DNA of 64,000 nt from Mayamaea pseudoterrestris (lineage: Eukaryota), in the NCBI GenBank assembly GCA_027923505.1, contig BROI01000021.1, positions 496,001 to 560,000 of the forward strand, in the 5' to 3' direction. The stretch's first letter is position 1. Every line of letters starts with the position of its first letter. The notes beneath the pieces were generated by a model. That model saw only the letters and a program-made list of their open reading frames with translations. It was not told where the DNA came from and made no database searches. Position numbers and translations under genes: made by a program. Below, one piece after another: positions 44,768-54,050 of the stretch.

Positions 44768-45688
44768 ATGCCTTTCCACTTGGCCGATGCCTCCGCCTTT
44801 ACTCATCAATTTGTTGAGGGGCCCTATGCAAGAGTGCCGAAGGAGTTGGCTTGCGCCTTTACGGCTAGCTTTCTCGTCTCTCCGCTCGTCTCGATCATTG
44901 ACAAGGCCATTGTCCAAGAAATCGCTGGAGTTGGGCAGCTGATTAAAACCATGGGGGTTGCAACGAAAGACATGATTGTTCAGCCCAAGCAGTTCTTGAA
45001 CGGACTCTCCTTCCGTCTCACCTTCTTGGTATACTTTGGTACATATGCGGTGGCTAACCTTTCTGAGGCTGCTCTTGACTTTTACCAAGTTAAGCAGGAG
45101 GAGACTCGCAAGCTGTACAAAGTTTCAGCGGCATCCGCTGCCAACATTGGTCTCCTTGCCTGGCGCGATTCTGTTTTTGCGCGTGAATTCTCGGGACCAG
45201 GCGTCGCCAAGAAGGCCACACCTAGCATGACCATTGCTGGTTTCGCCGTGCGCGATTGCGCCACCATGGCTGCCACGTTTTACTTCGCGCCCAAGGCCAC
45301 CGAGTACCTCATTCTTGAGCATGACGTGAACCGCCACATGGCAGAGATTGGATGCTCCTTGTCTATTCCAGTCGTCTCGCAATTCATCACTGCGCCGGTG
45401 CACATTGCCGCTTTAGACAAGTACAACCGACCGGACGCGTCTACGACGGAACGCATGGCGCAAATTAAGAAGGAGTTTGGCAAGGTCTGCTTCGCTCGTG
45501 GTCTGCGCATCCTGCCCGCCTTTGGTATTGGATCTTTCTCAAACAACAAATTCCGCGAGTTGACCATTCGCCAACCCAACGAAGAACTCCTCTTGACGCG
45601 CCGCATTACCCGACGTATCACCCAGCTCAATGACAAGCTTCGAGGCCGACGCACGGCCGCTGTAACTGCCACTTCTACCTCCAAGTAA
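44768..45688 (+). CDS. Divergent mitochondrial-carrier-like membrane protein
   Basis: ~300 aa with several amphipathic/TM helices; MCF-like segments SP...IDKA, F..RD.....F, TAP.H...D, R..RILP.FG.G; lacks perfect Px[DE]xx[KR] signatures. Confidence 0.55.
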   Translation: MPFHLADASAFTHQFVEGPYARVPKELACAFTASFLVSPLVSIIDKAIVQEIAGVGQLIKTMGVATKDMIVQPKQFLNGLSFRLTFLVYFGTYAVANLSEAALDFYQVKQEETRKLYKVSAASAANIGLLAWRDSVFAREFSGPGVAKKATPSMTIAGFAVRDCATMAATFYFAPKATEYLILEHDVNRHMAEIGCSLSIPVVSQFITAPVHIAALDKYNRPDASTTERMAQIKKEFGKVCFARGLRILPAFGIGSFSNNKFRELTIRQPNEELLLTRRITRRITQLNDKLRGRRTAAVTATSTSK

Positions 45689-45876
45689 GTGTCGGTCTTC
45701 GAAGACCTGACTATGCGCGCATAGGTTAAGAAGGGTATGTGGACAACAGGAGTTTTTATCTTTAAGAATACATGTTTAACCATTGCAGAAGATATGCAAT
45801 TCAAAAATTTAATCTGTTATTTCTCATGTCGTCAAATGTAGATCATGTACACGAATCATCATGTCGCTGAAGCTGT

Positions 45877-47463
45877 TCATCGTGACCGCTTTAGTGTTAT
45901 GCGGATTTTGCTCTTCGATGGCCTGGCTGCGGCAACTATCGATGAAGCGCCGGGTGGACGAATACGTTGTTGTGACTGTTGTTTTATGTACTGAACACTC
46001 GCTTCCTCTGTATCTGTCTCAAATTTCTTGCCCGATGCGAATACCCTCGAAATTGTCTGTTTTAGATCCATCAGGAAACGCGTCGCTACAGCTCGTTCGG
46101 CAGATTGATCGCGAGGCATTGCCACGAGGGACCCTTCGGCTCCAGCCTTGGACGATACGAGATTGTCGGCCTTAATCAGACCTTCAATCCAAGCTGAGAG
46201 TCGTGGCATGTGACGTTTCGTCAACAGTTCTAAGCAGCGTTTCAAAATTAATTTGGCGTGACGCGTCGACGCATCATTAGCGCTCAAAACAGGCGCTGCG
46301 TTATCCAAGCCAATTTCAATGCCGCCGTTCCGCAGAGCAGCGATTGACTGAATTCCTACCAAAGTCCGCTCCACTGCCGCAGCATGTAATATAGTCAAGT
46401 CCGTCTCAATGAGAGCTATGGGCGATAGCTCGTCATTGAAACCATCTTCCCAGTCAACAGCACTCTCGTCGTCGTCATCGATAATTTCTTCTGTTTGCGA
46501 AGAAGCAGCATCGTTTGAAATTAACCGCGGAACAATGACATCTATGCAGGCATAAGCCTGTCGAACGAGCTTGCGAACTCTTCTAACTTCCACCTGATAA
46601 TTGTCGAGCGCGGTATCGCGATGTAGACGCCATGTTTGCATGTCGGACGAACCAACATTAATGTTCGCTTCCGATGAAGCGTCAAGGCATTGCTGCCGGA
46701 ACCTTTGGAGGCCAGCAGTTAGTGTAGGGTACATCTTCTGATAACCGTTATCGACTAAGGTTTTCAGCAACAAATGGGCTTCTTGTTGAATAAGATTCCA
46801 TTCTGAAAAAGATGTTTGTCTTGGACCTCTTTGAGGCTCAGCCACGCTCGTAAATATATCAATAAAGAGTGCTAAATTCCTATTCACTTCAAAAAGCCAT
46901 TTTCGACAATCTGAACTCTTCCATAGAAGCTGAGCTGCTAGATGCAGGGCGGCTCTTCGAGTCGCAATGGAATGAGTACGATTCTGATCGAGTACCATGG
47001 AAAACAAGTGCTCAAATGAAGCCAGAGGAACAGAAAGAATACATGCCGAAGATTGTCGCTGTAGAATGCTCGACTTCTTCGAATCTTGGAGCTGATGAAT
47101 CGCATTTAGCCAAGATTGTATTGCTTGCTGCATGCTTCGTTGCGGATTGCAATTGGTTCGGATCTCATCTTGCGCGTCGATTTGTTGATGTTGCTGCTCA
47201 ATGCGACCAAAAATCCCGTCCATTACATGTTGACGGGTCTCCCTTTGAGCTGCAGCTCTCGGAAGCATACTATTGTTGACTTGGCATAACGGAGTGACAA
47301 CCCTAGACGACGTACGAAAGAAAGCGAGTGCCTTTTTCAGTGCATGCGCATGCAATGGAATAACTTGCTCGGGTAGACCACGAATATCCGGTAAATCAAC
47401 ACCATATATTTTAAGCTTTTCCAAACGTTCTAATTTCCGTTTTTGCTTGTTGGATTCAGACAT
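45877..47463 (-). CDS. UVSSA-like protein (transcription-coupled repair scaffold)
   Basis: VHS-like R.AAL.L...L..KS..CR; C.DVIVP, acidic WEDG, and L.LL..RHMP.L..WI resemble UVSSA blocks from memory. Confidence 0.5.
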   Translation of the reverse strand: MSESNKQKRKLERLEKLKIYGVDLPDIRGLPEQVIPLHAHALKKALAFFRTSSRVVTPLCQVNNSMLPRAAAQRETRQHVMDGIFGRIEQQHQQIDAQDEIRTNCNPQRSMQQAIQSWLNAIHQLQDSKKSSILQRQSSACILSVPLASFEHLFSMVLDQNRTHSIATRRAALHLAAQLLWKSSDCRKWLFEVNRNLALFIDIFTSVAEPQRGPRQTSFSEWNLIQQEAHLLLKTLVDNGYQKMYPTLTAGLQRFRQQCLDASSEANINVGSSDMQTWRLHRDTALDNYQVEVRRVRKLVRQAYACIDVIVPRLISNDAASSQTEEIIDDDDESAVDWEDGFNDELSPIALIETDLTILHAAAVERTLVGIQSIAALRNGGIEIGLDNAAPVLSANDASTRHAKLILKRCLELLTKRHMPRLSAWIEGLIKADNLVSSKAGAEGSLVAMPRDQSAERAVATRFLMDLKQTISRVFASGKKFETDTEEASVQYIKQQSQQRIRPPGASSIVAAARPSKSKIRITLKRSR

Positions 47464-47741
47464 TGACTTGAATAAAATAGGCTGCATGAGCGACGAAAGT
47501 CGACGATCCGCGAGCGGTGGAAAAAGGGCGAGAAGAGTGCATTGAATATTTAGAACCGCTAGGACTGTCAGTACCAGTCAGACGATGGTTTGTGAACACG
47601 TCATCTTCGAAAGTTGACGTCGCCATGGATGAAGCATCCATCAATCAACATCTCACTTGCTTCCAAGTCATCATAATTACATAGGTTAAAGAGATAGATC
47701 GAGTGTTGCAACAAGTAGTTCCTGTCGACTAACAAGTCAAT

Positions 47742-48323
47742 ATGTCCAATTTTGCATTCGTGACGACTTTGCTTCTAGCTGTCTCAGCGCAAGGATTCAT
47801 TTCTCCAGCTGTTCCGACAGTCGCTTCCACGATGACTTCGGCCAAGCCCATCCGTCTACCAATCTTTGCCAGTCTCAATAACATGCCGACGAAAAAAGTG
47901 GAAACGAGCGCTTCGGCGGCAGTTCAAGCTGTCGATAAAATAACCACGGTTGTAGCGAAAAAAGAATCCGGATCGGAAACACAACAACTCATGCGGCAAG
48001 TCAAAGATGCAGGCGTTGCCGGAGTCATCTCGTATGCTCTCTGGGAACTTGGATTCTGGCTTGCTTCGGTACCAGTTGTCTTATTTGGTTATTACGAGCT
48101 GACTGGACACATGCCTGATTTGGCTAATTCCGACGACATGGCAAAGCTCGGGGCCGAAGCTTTTGCTTTTGTCAACTTTGCGCGATTTGCTGTTCCTTTA
48201 CGAATCGGTTTGGCTCTGAGTACAACATCGTGGATTCAAGCAAACATAGTCGACAGATTTATGAAAACAGAAGGAGATACGACGACTACAAGTGTCGTTA
48301 CACCTGATGGCGCCATCGAGTAA
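47742..48323 (+). CDS. Plastid-targeted small membrane protein (DUF1279/FAM210-like)
   Basis: Signal peptide with AQG/F cleavage; K.AG.AG.ISY..WE..FW and FA.PLRI.LA. Confidence 0.55.
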   Translation: MSNFAFVTTLLLAVSAQGFISPAVPTVASTMTSAKPIRLPIFASLNNMPTKKVETSASAAVQAVDKITTVVAKKESGSETQQLMRQVKDAGVAGVISYALWELGFWLASVPVVLFGYYELTGHMPDLANSDDMAKLGAEAFAFVNFARFAVPLRIGLALSTTSWIQANIVDRFMKTEGDTTTTSVVTPDGAIE

Positions 48324-49177
48324 GGAGCTTCACAACGCAAGGTACCAAGTATAAAAACTAATAAATATCATAAAGAGCTAACTAGAAAGTACAATAATAG
48401 CATAGCACATTTCAAATCTTCGTTGCGGAACGGCCTGAGATCCTTTGCGCATATACAGTATCGTCTTGCTCAAGTGTGAAAAGGGTGTGACCTGTAAGAA
48501 GTTGTACAGTACCTATACGCGCTCATTTTCTTGGTTCGACTCAAGGGTATGCAACATTCTGAGAGCAGCAAGCATGGTGGTACTGGGGACGGATTAAACG
48601 AGATATTGTTACCCTCGGGAGTGCGCTGACAAAGATTACCGGCGTTCGAGAAGCCACCCAATTATGGATCTTTTTGGATCGCTTGTGCTAACTGTGTAAA
48701 GATCCTTCTGAGATCGCAATATAACACAAACGATTCGTTAACTCATCACCACCTTTCCTCACATTTGCCTGGTACGCACAGGTATATAAATTTAGGTTTG
48801 TGATGTCCCTATATCGATATTAGCTGTTACACACAACATTAGTATAATGTGTACATGTAAATCGTTATAGCAGATTCAGAGTGGCACTTTATTAAACTGT
48901 ATCATACTACGGCGGCATGCTTGTATCATAGAATACTACTTGGTCCACCGCTTGGAACGCCGTTGGGCGTGAAGAGTGGATAGTAACGTCGCACCGTTAC
49001 ACTTCACGCCTCACCTCGCAGATGTCGGATTGGAAGGGCTGCATGCTGCATCGCAGATTAAGAAACGATGTGGACATGGACTCGGCGATGATGGAAAAGT
49101 ATATTCGGCCAGACCTAGCTGTATAAGTGCCAGTGCTGAAAGTGTCTTATCAATAGTTGATATTAATACTGGTCGTG

Positions 49178-50109
49178 ATGTATCGACGAGCTCTCGTCGT
49201 TGGTGCTCTTGCTAGCTGTTTTCGATTCGTTGCGAATGTCGCAGCATACAACATCATGTTGCCCATTCCATTAAGATCGCCACAGCACCGCATGCAACAC
49301 ATTACGCCTCTTGTGCGGTCGCGTTCCCTGCTGATGGCTAAATCGGAGAAGGTCGATCGTGAATATTGGCTTGGAGAGTTTTCGACGAGTACTGGAGAAG
49401 TCATCGAGCCGTACAAGGTTCTCGGAGGTACGACAAGGCGTCAAGGATAAATTGTTGTTTGTGTTGTTGATAACTCACGACGCGCAATTCTCATTCTACC
49501 TTAGTCAAACGAGAAGCGACTACGGACGAAATCAAGCATGCGTATCGGACACTCTCCCGAAAGTATCATCCAGACGGAATGAGATTTCGCACAATCCTTC
49601 CTGGTAATTGCAACAATGCGAATGATGTAAGGGATCATTGGGAAAGAATCAAATTGAGCTACGAAATATTGAGTCGTCCAAAGATGCGAAAGAGATATGA
49701 TCGCAACGTATTCATGGCTGATCCAGGTGCGGCGGTGCAACGAGCAGCAGTAGACGCCGCAGTCAAGGGTGCGGTTAGTGTGGGGACGAATATAGGCAAG
49801 GGATTATTACAAGCTGGCGCGTTTGCCTTACAACAAATCACTCAAAAGCCAAAACGACAATCTTGTACTAGTAACACATTCAAGGAGAGAGAAACGACTG
49901 ACTGTGAGTTCAAGAATCCAGATGACTTGGAAAGCGCATTCAGCAAGGGTGACGAAGGTGAACAAGTTGTGCTCCTGACAACTAGTGACATGGGAGACTT
50001 GATTCGACGCAAGTCGCGTGTTTCAAAAATCACCAAAACAAACGTTAAGGCAAAAAGGACTACCGGTACTGCAAAAGGCTTTGCCAAGCGAGAAGAAGAT
50101 TTGCAATAA
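49178..50109 (+). CDS. J-domain (DnaJ class C) protein, probably plastid-targeted, 2 exons
   Basis: EPYKVLG|VKREAT.DEIK.AYR.LSRKYHPD across intron 49428-49504; SYEILS...R..YD. Confidence 0.85.
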
Positions 50110-50177
50110 GTGGGCCTAGCATAGCGGCTGCATGAAGATCACAGCTACAAACATCATTGTACGCTTAAACGTAATAA

Positions 50178-51503
50178 TTAAACGTGCTCGGCCATCTTTG
50201 TCCTATAAGGAAACTTGTATTTAGTGGACGGTGTCGACGGCTCGTCCAGAGTCACCGCGCCAGAACTGTGTTCGTCCAGTCGATCGAATGCCAGGTGAAG
50301 CTCGTCGATATCACTCTGCGGTATCTTGTGCAAAGAAGCAAGCATGCATATAACAAAGTCCTCCCTCGCTACTCGTCCATTATTGTTCACAGCTAGCGTG
50401 CGAAGTTCAGTGATAGCAGCCGACTGTTGCATGGCAGCGTCGCCGTTGCAAAGTTGTTCTCGCTGCACATACATGGAAGCTATGTGACCAAGAATTTCTC
50501 TAGTCACCGCTACGGAAAAAGGCAAATATACAAGACAAAACAAGCGGGTGGTGGTGCTTTTTGGTACGTAGTCACCGAGTCCAATTGTAAAACTGGAAAT
50601 GGCTGTCCACTATGGACGAGAAGGTTGTTGGAAGCACGGTTTGTGAGGCTGATGGCAGACGCAGGTGTCAATAATGACAAAACTTATTTCCACGTACGTA
50701 AATGCTGTCCGCTAACGTCCACCCTTCATGTAGGCCAACAGCAATTCCCAAAACTAGGATCAACAGGACGACAGGCGCTTCGAGCGCGAGGAAAGCTGCA
50801 ATGTCACGCATAAGTGTTTTCGGTGGTTTGAACGTTGAAAATTGTTGATGCTTTTGATAAGCACCCTTCTCGTTTATCAAAAGCAATACGTTGCGATGGA
50901 TTGCTCGACGTCGTTGCATTGAAACGATCCACCAATGTTCAGCAGCTTGGTCAGCCTAGTCAGAGCCGTATGATGAAAGCGACAAGCGTCAGAATGTCAG
51001 CAGTTGGCAAGATGAAAGATGGATATAGTAAGCGTTAACTTTTCAGTGATTCGCAAAAGGGCATAGCATGTGTCAAGACCAGCATTGTCGCACTCATTCT
51101 CCTCTATCTGCAATAGATCGATACGCACCAGTATGCCGAGGAATATTCCTAGAGCAATAATACCATATGTAGCAACGACAAGAAAGTATGTCCTCCCAGT
51201 TATATCCATAGCGTGAATGTCGCCGTATCCCACTGTCGTAAAAGTTGTCGTTGCGAGGAAAACCGAGTCGGCAATGGAATGATTGTCAACCAGCAGGAAA
51301 CTGAATCCGATAACAATCAGACCATAGTAGACAATGACATGACGCAAAAGGAAGGTAAAGGCATTTTTGGAGCGCATGTACTTGTCGTAAATGGATGACA
51401 ACGAATGTTTGCTTCCTCTAGCACCGGTAGTACGTTCTAATCGCACATCTCGTCGTGGGGCGGTTCGACGACCCGTCAAGGAGTAGCGTATTCTTCGTAG
51501 CAT
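50178..51503 (-). CDS. Two-pore potassium channel (TPK-like) with C-terminal EF-hand-like motifs, 3 exons
   Basis: Exons 51503-51129, 50955-50698 and 50609-50178; pore 1 TTVGYGD, pore 2 FTIGLGD; N.NG.V...DF and F..LD...SG.V. Confidence 0.85.
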
Positions 51504-51812
51504 TTGCTCATGGAATCTTAAAGATTGTTAACAAGTTTCATCATTCGCATATATGAGCAATCAGCTTAACGCTCATCTATGTTGATACAGGTAGTGTCTG
51601 CCGTCACCATGGTCGAGCCGTCGCGTTGCTCGAAAGGAATATGGAAGTGTTTGTTGATGTTCCGTCAATGTCGCTTCGGTTTTAGATTTCCGTGCGGGAA
51701 CTTTTTGGTGTGCCAAGAAAATGAGACTCTCGCCGATCATTTAGGTACATACGCAAAATACGTATAATATATCAAGGTATAACAGTACATTATAAATGCA
51801 GCCCAAAGCGCA

Positions 51813-53510
51813 TCACCTGAATATATTGGAAAGCAATTTGCTGTTTCCTCCGGACGTCGGGGCGCCGAGTCTTTCATCCTCCGAAACTGCTGTTTCGCCA
51901 ATTCGCCGATAAAACTCACTTTGCACCAAATCTCTGCTGCTAAAGACTTTTGGACTATAGCCGCAAGTCAGACCCGACGTTGATGAATCTACTTGGTTCA
52001 TGTTGCGCGAGGACTGTTCGATGAAAAACTTGCCCATCTCCAGTCTCTCCGCAGCAGTCACATCTCGCGCCGGCGTAAACGTCCACACTTCAAGGCCGGC
52101 AATTGAAAATATTTCAGTGGCATCGCCTTTGCCACAAAGAGCTGGACTATTAAAGGTCTTACATGGCGATGTCGTCCCCGTTGAAAGATTGCTATCCAGC
52201 GTCAGCGCGAAGCCCGACTGATCCAATGAGATGTCTGACCCGATATTATGTATTGCGTCGCCGATGTTAGAAATAGAGGTGCGGAAGCTATCATTACAAA
52301 TCTTGGCAAGGTCATTGTTCCTTGCATAGTCACCGCCCACACCTAGAAAGTTATCTCGGCACACTTGAACATGCGAGTCAGCATCTACACTAGCTTCGCC
52401 TCCAGTCGTTTCACTGGCAGCGTACGGGAAGACATCAATGTCATATTCAAGATGCGCTTGATCGTAAAGCGATGCCACCTTCGTTCTTCGACCGCGTCTC
52501 ATTTTCCAAACAAAGGCTAGCGCATCACCGTAAAAATCACCGCCAGTGTTTCGCCATGGGCTTGACGTAAAGCTACCGAAAACTTGGCCCTGCGTCGTCT
52601 CGACGGCCAAAATGGTGCAAGTCGCTGCTCGCGTATATTGCTGCAACGTATGTAGGGATGCTCCGTCACGAACAAGAGAAAACTTGAGCCAGTAGTTTTC
52701 ATTGTGTATTTTCTTCGGCACATGGCTCATCAAGCTATCCATTAGCGGCGGACTTAAGACATGTGGGTGACACGATGTATCATCGGCCGAAGTTCCCAAT
52801 ATGAGGAAAATGTTTTGATTGTCGTCGTCAATTCCAGGCACTGCAGGAAGACCAGTCGCATCAAAATCAAATCCGCCAACATCGGCAGCGTACTCATCCT
52901 TGAGCACATTCCACGTATCAAAGTGTTCCCAGTGATCGTCGTCGCCCCACGTACTATCGGATGACACGCTACCCTCGATATCGGGTCGAATTTCTTCGTC
53001 GGAAAGACAAACCAAATCATTATTGTCGTCAGCGTCGATTTCTAAAATCTGTGGTTGCAAGTTGGGTGGTGCAACTGTCGCTGTATTGGATGCTTGTTCC
53101 TGCTGCTCCTCGCGCGCATCCTGCTGTTGCAAGTCATGACTGCTTGCTCGACGTATGAGAGCTCTAGGAAAAACACCGTCTGCAAAGGCCTTCCACAAGC
53201 CAAGAATAGATGGTCGATTCGGTTTAGGCGGTGGCGATTGTTGAACGTGCCCTACGGCATGGACGTCGTGGAGGGTCGAAAATAGCATGTCATCGCTTAG
53301 CTTCTTCGTCGCCCTTTTCATGTGCTCCACTCTCTCGTCGTCTTTTGCGTTGCTACTTTCCTCTACTATTTCATCCTCGGTGAATGATGGCGGATCTAGT
53401 AAGAGGCCGCGCAGAAAGAAGGCTTCTGCCTGGGTTAATGTTGTCTTTACATCATTAATCGCATCATGGAGCTTGGACTTGGCTGTCATCGTATCTGACT
53501 CGGCCGTCAT
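51813..53510 (-). CDS. TLDc-domain protein (OXR1/NCOA7-like)
   Basis: W.LKFSL.RDGASL.TL, ILAVET..G.VFG.F...W, F.L.LD..L..G.T.PC.TF.SP.L, LEVW. Confidence 0.88.
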   Translation of the reverse strand: MTAESDTMTAKSKLHDAINDVKTTLTQAEAFFLRGLLLDPPSFTEDEIVEESSNAKDDERVEHMKRATKKLSDDMLFSTLHDVHAVGHVQQSPPPKPNRPSILGLWKAFADGVFPRALIRRASSHDLQQQDAREEQQEQASNTATVAPPNLQPQILEIDADDNNDLVCLSDEEIRPDIEGSVSSDSTWGDDDHWEHFDTWNVLKDEYAADVGGFDFDATGLPAVPGIDDDNQNIFLILGTSADDTSCHPHVLSPPLMDSLMSHVPKKIHNENYWLKFSLVRDGASLHTLQQYTRAATCTILAVETTQGQVFGSFTSSPWRNTGGDFYGDALAFVWKMRRGRRTKVASLYDQAHLEYDIDVFPYAASETTGGEASVDADSHVQVCRDNFLGVGGDYARNNDLAKICNDSFRTSISNIGDAIHNIGSDISLDQSGFALTLDSNLSTGTTSPCKTFNSPALCGKGDATEIFSIAGLEVWTFTPARDVTAAERLEMGKFFIEQSSRNMNQVDSSTSGLTCGYSPKVFSSRDLVQSEFYRRIGETAVSEDERLGAPTSGGNSKLLSNIFR

Positions 53511-54050
53511 TACTCAAAGCGTCTTGTTGATATGTTGTGAACGTTGATTTGCTCTTGGTGTTGCAAAGCATGTCTATGGCGTAATGGCTCGATCAGTCAC
53601 TGGATTCTGATCCGAGTCTTGCGCCATAACAACAGCCGACTCCGCGACGTCGGAGGTGAATCGACGCGAACTCGTGCGTCACTTCGTAGATACCTTCCTT
53701 TCTCTCGCAAACAAGATGATCAATACTTTCAAAAGCGGTGATTTCGTAGTCAAGACTACCGGTACGGCTGTTTATATCGTGCGGGATTATGATGTTGTGA
53801 TTCTGATGTCGTCCTTATTCTAGTAACGGTAAGACAGTATTCGATTCGTTCATTTCTACGCTGATTGGTTAGATGAGTCACGGTACGATCGTATCTTGAA
53901 CGATAAGTCGAGCGAGCCTCCACCCTGGACTACGTAGTACAATAGCAGCGTCGCAGCATTCGATCAAAAGATGGAACCAGTTTTTATCGGAAGCTTTACA
54001 CGACAATTTACGATCATCAGCAGAATTGCAACGCAAGCAAGGACTACAAA

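Noticed and set aside
48440..48482. U4 snRNA-like 5' match (CTTTGCGCA....CAGTATCGT)
   Set aside because: TATA replaces the G-rich bases that pair with U6, the 5' K-turn stem-loop is missing, and there is no Sm site at the expected distance
48612..48655. TPP-riboswitch-like fragments (GGGAGTGCGCTGA...TACC.GCG)
   Set aside because: Lacks the UGAGA motif and the CCUGAUC/P5 core, and there is no thiamine gene nearby
48574..48660. Possible tRNA gene
   Set aside because: T-arm and acceptor stems do not pair and no cloverleaf can be drawn
53785..53866. Possible C/D snoRNA (ATGATG...CTGA...CTGA)
   Set aside because: Imperfect C box, no terminal stem and no recognisable rRNA antisense element
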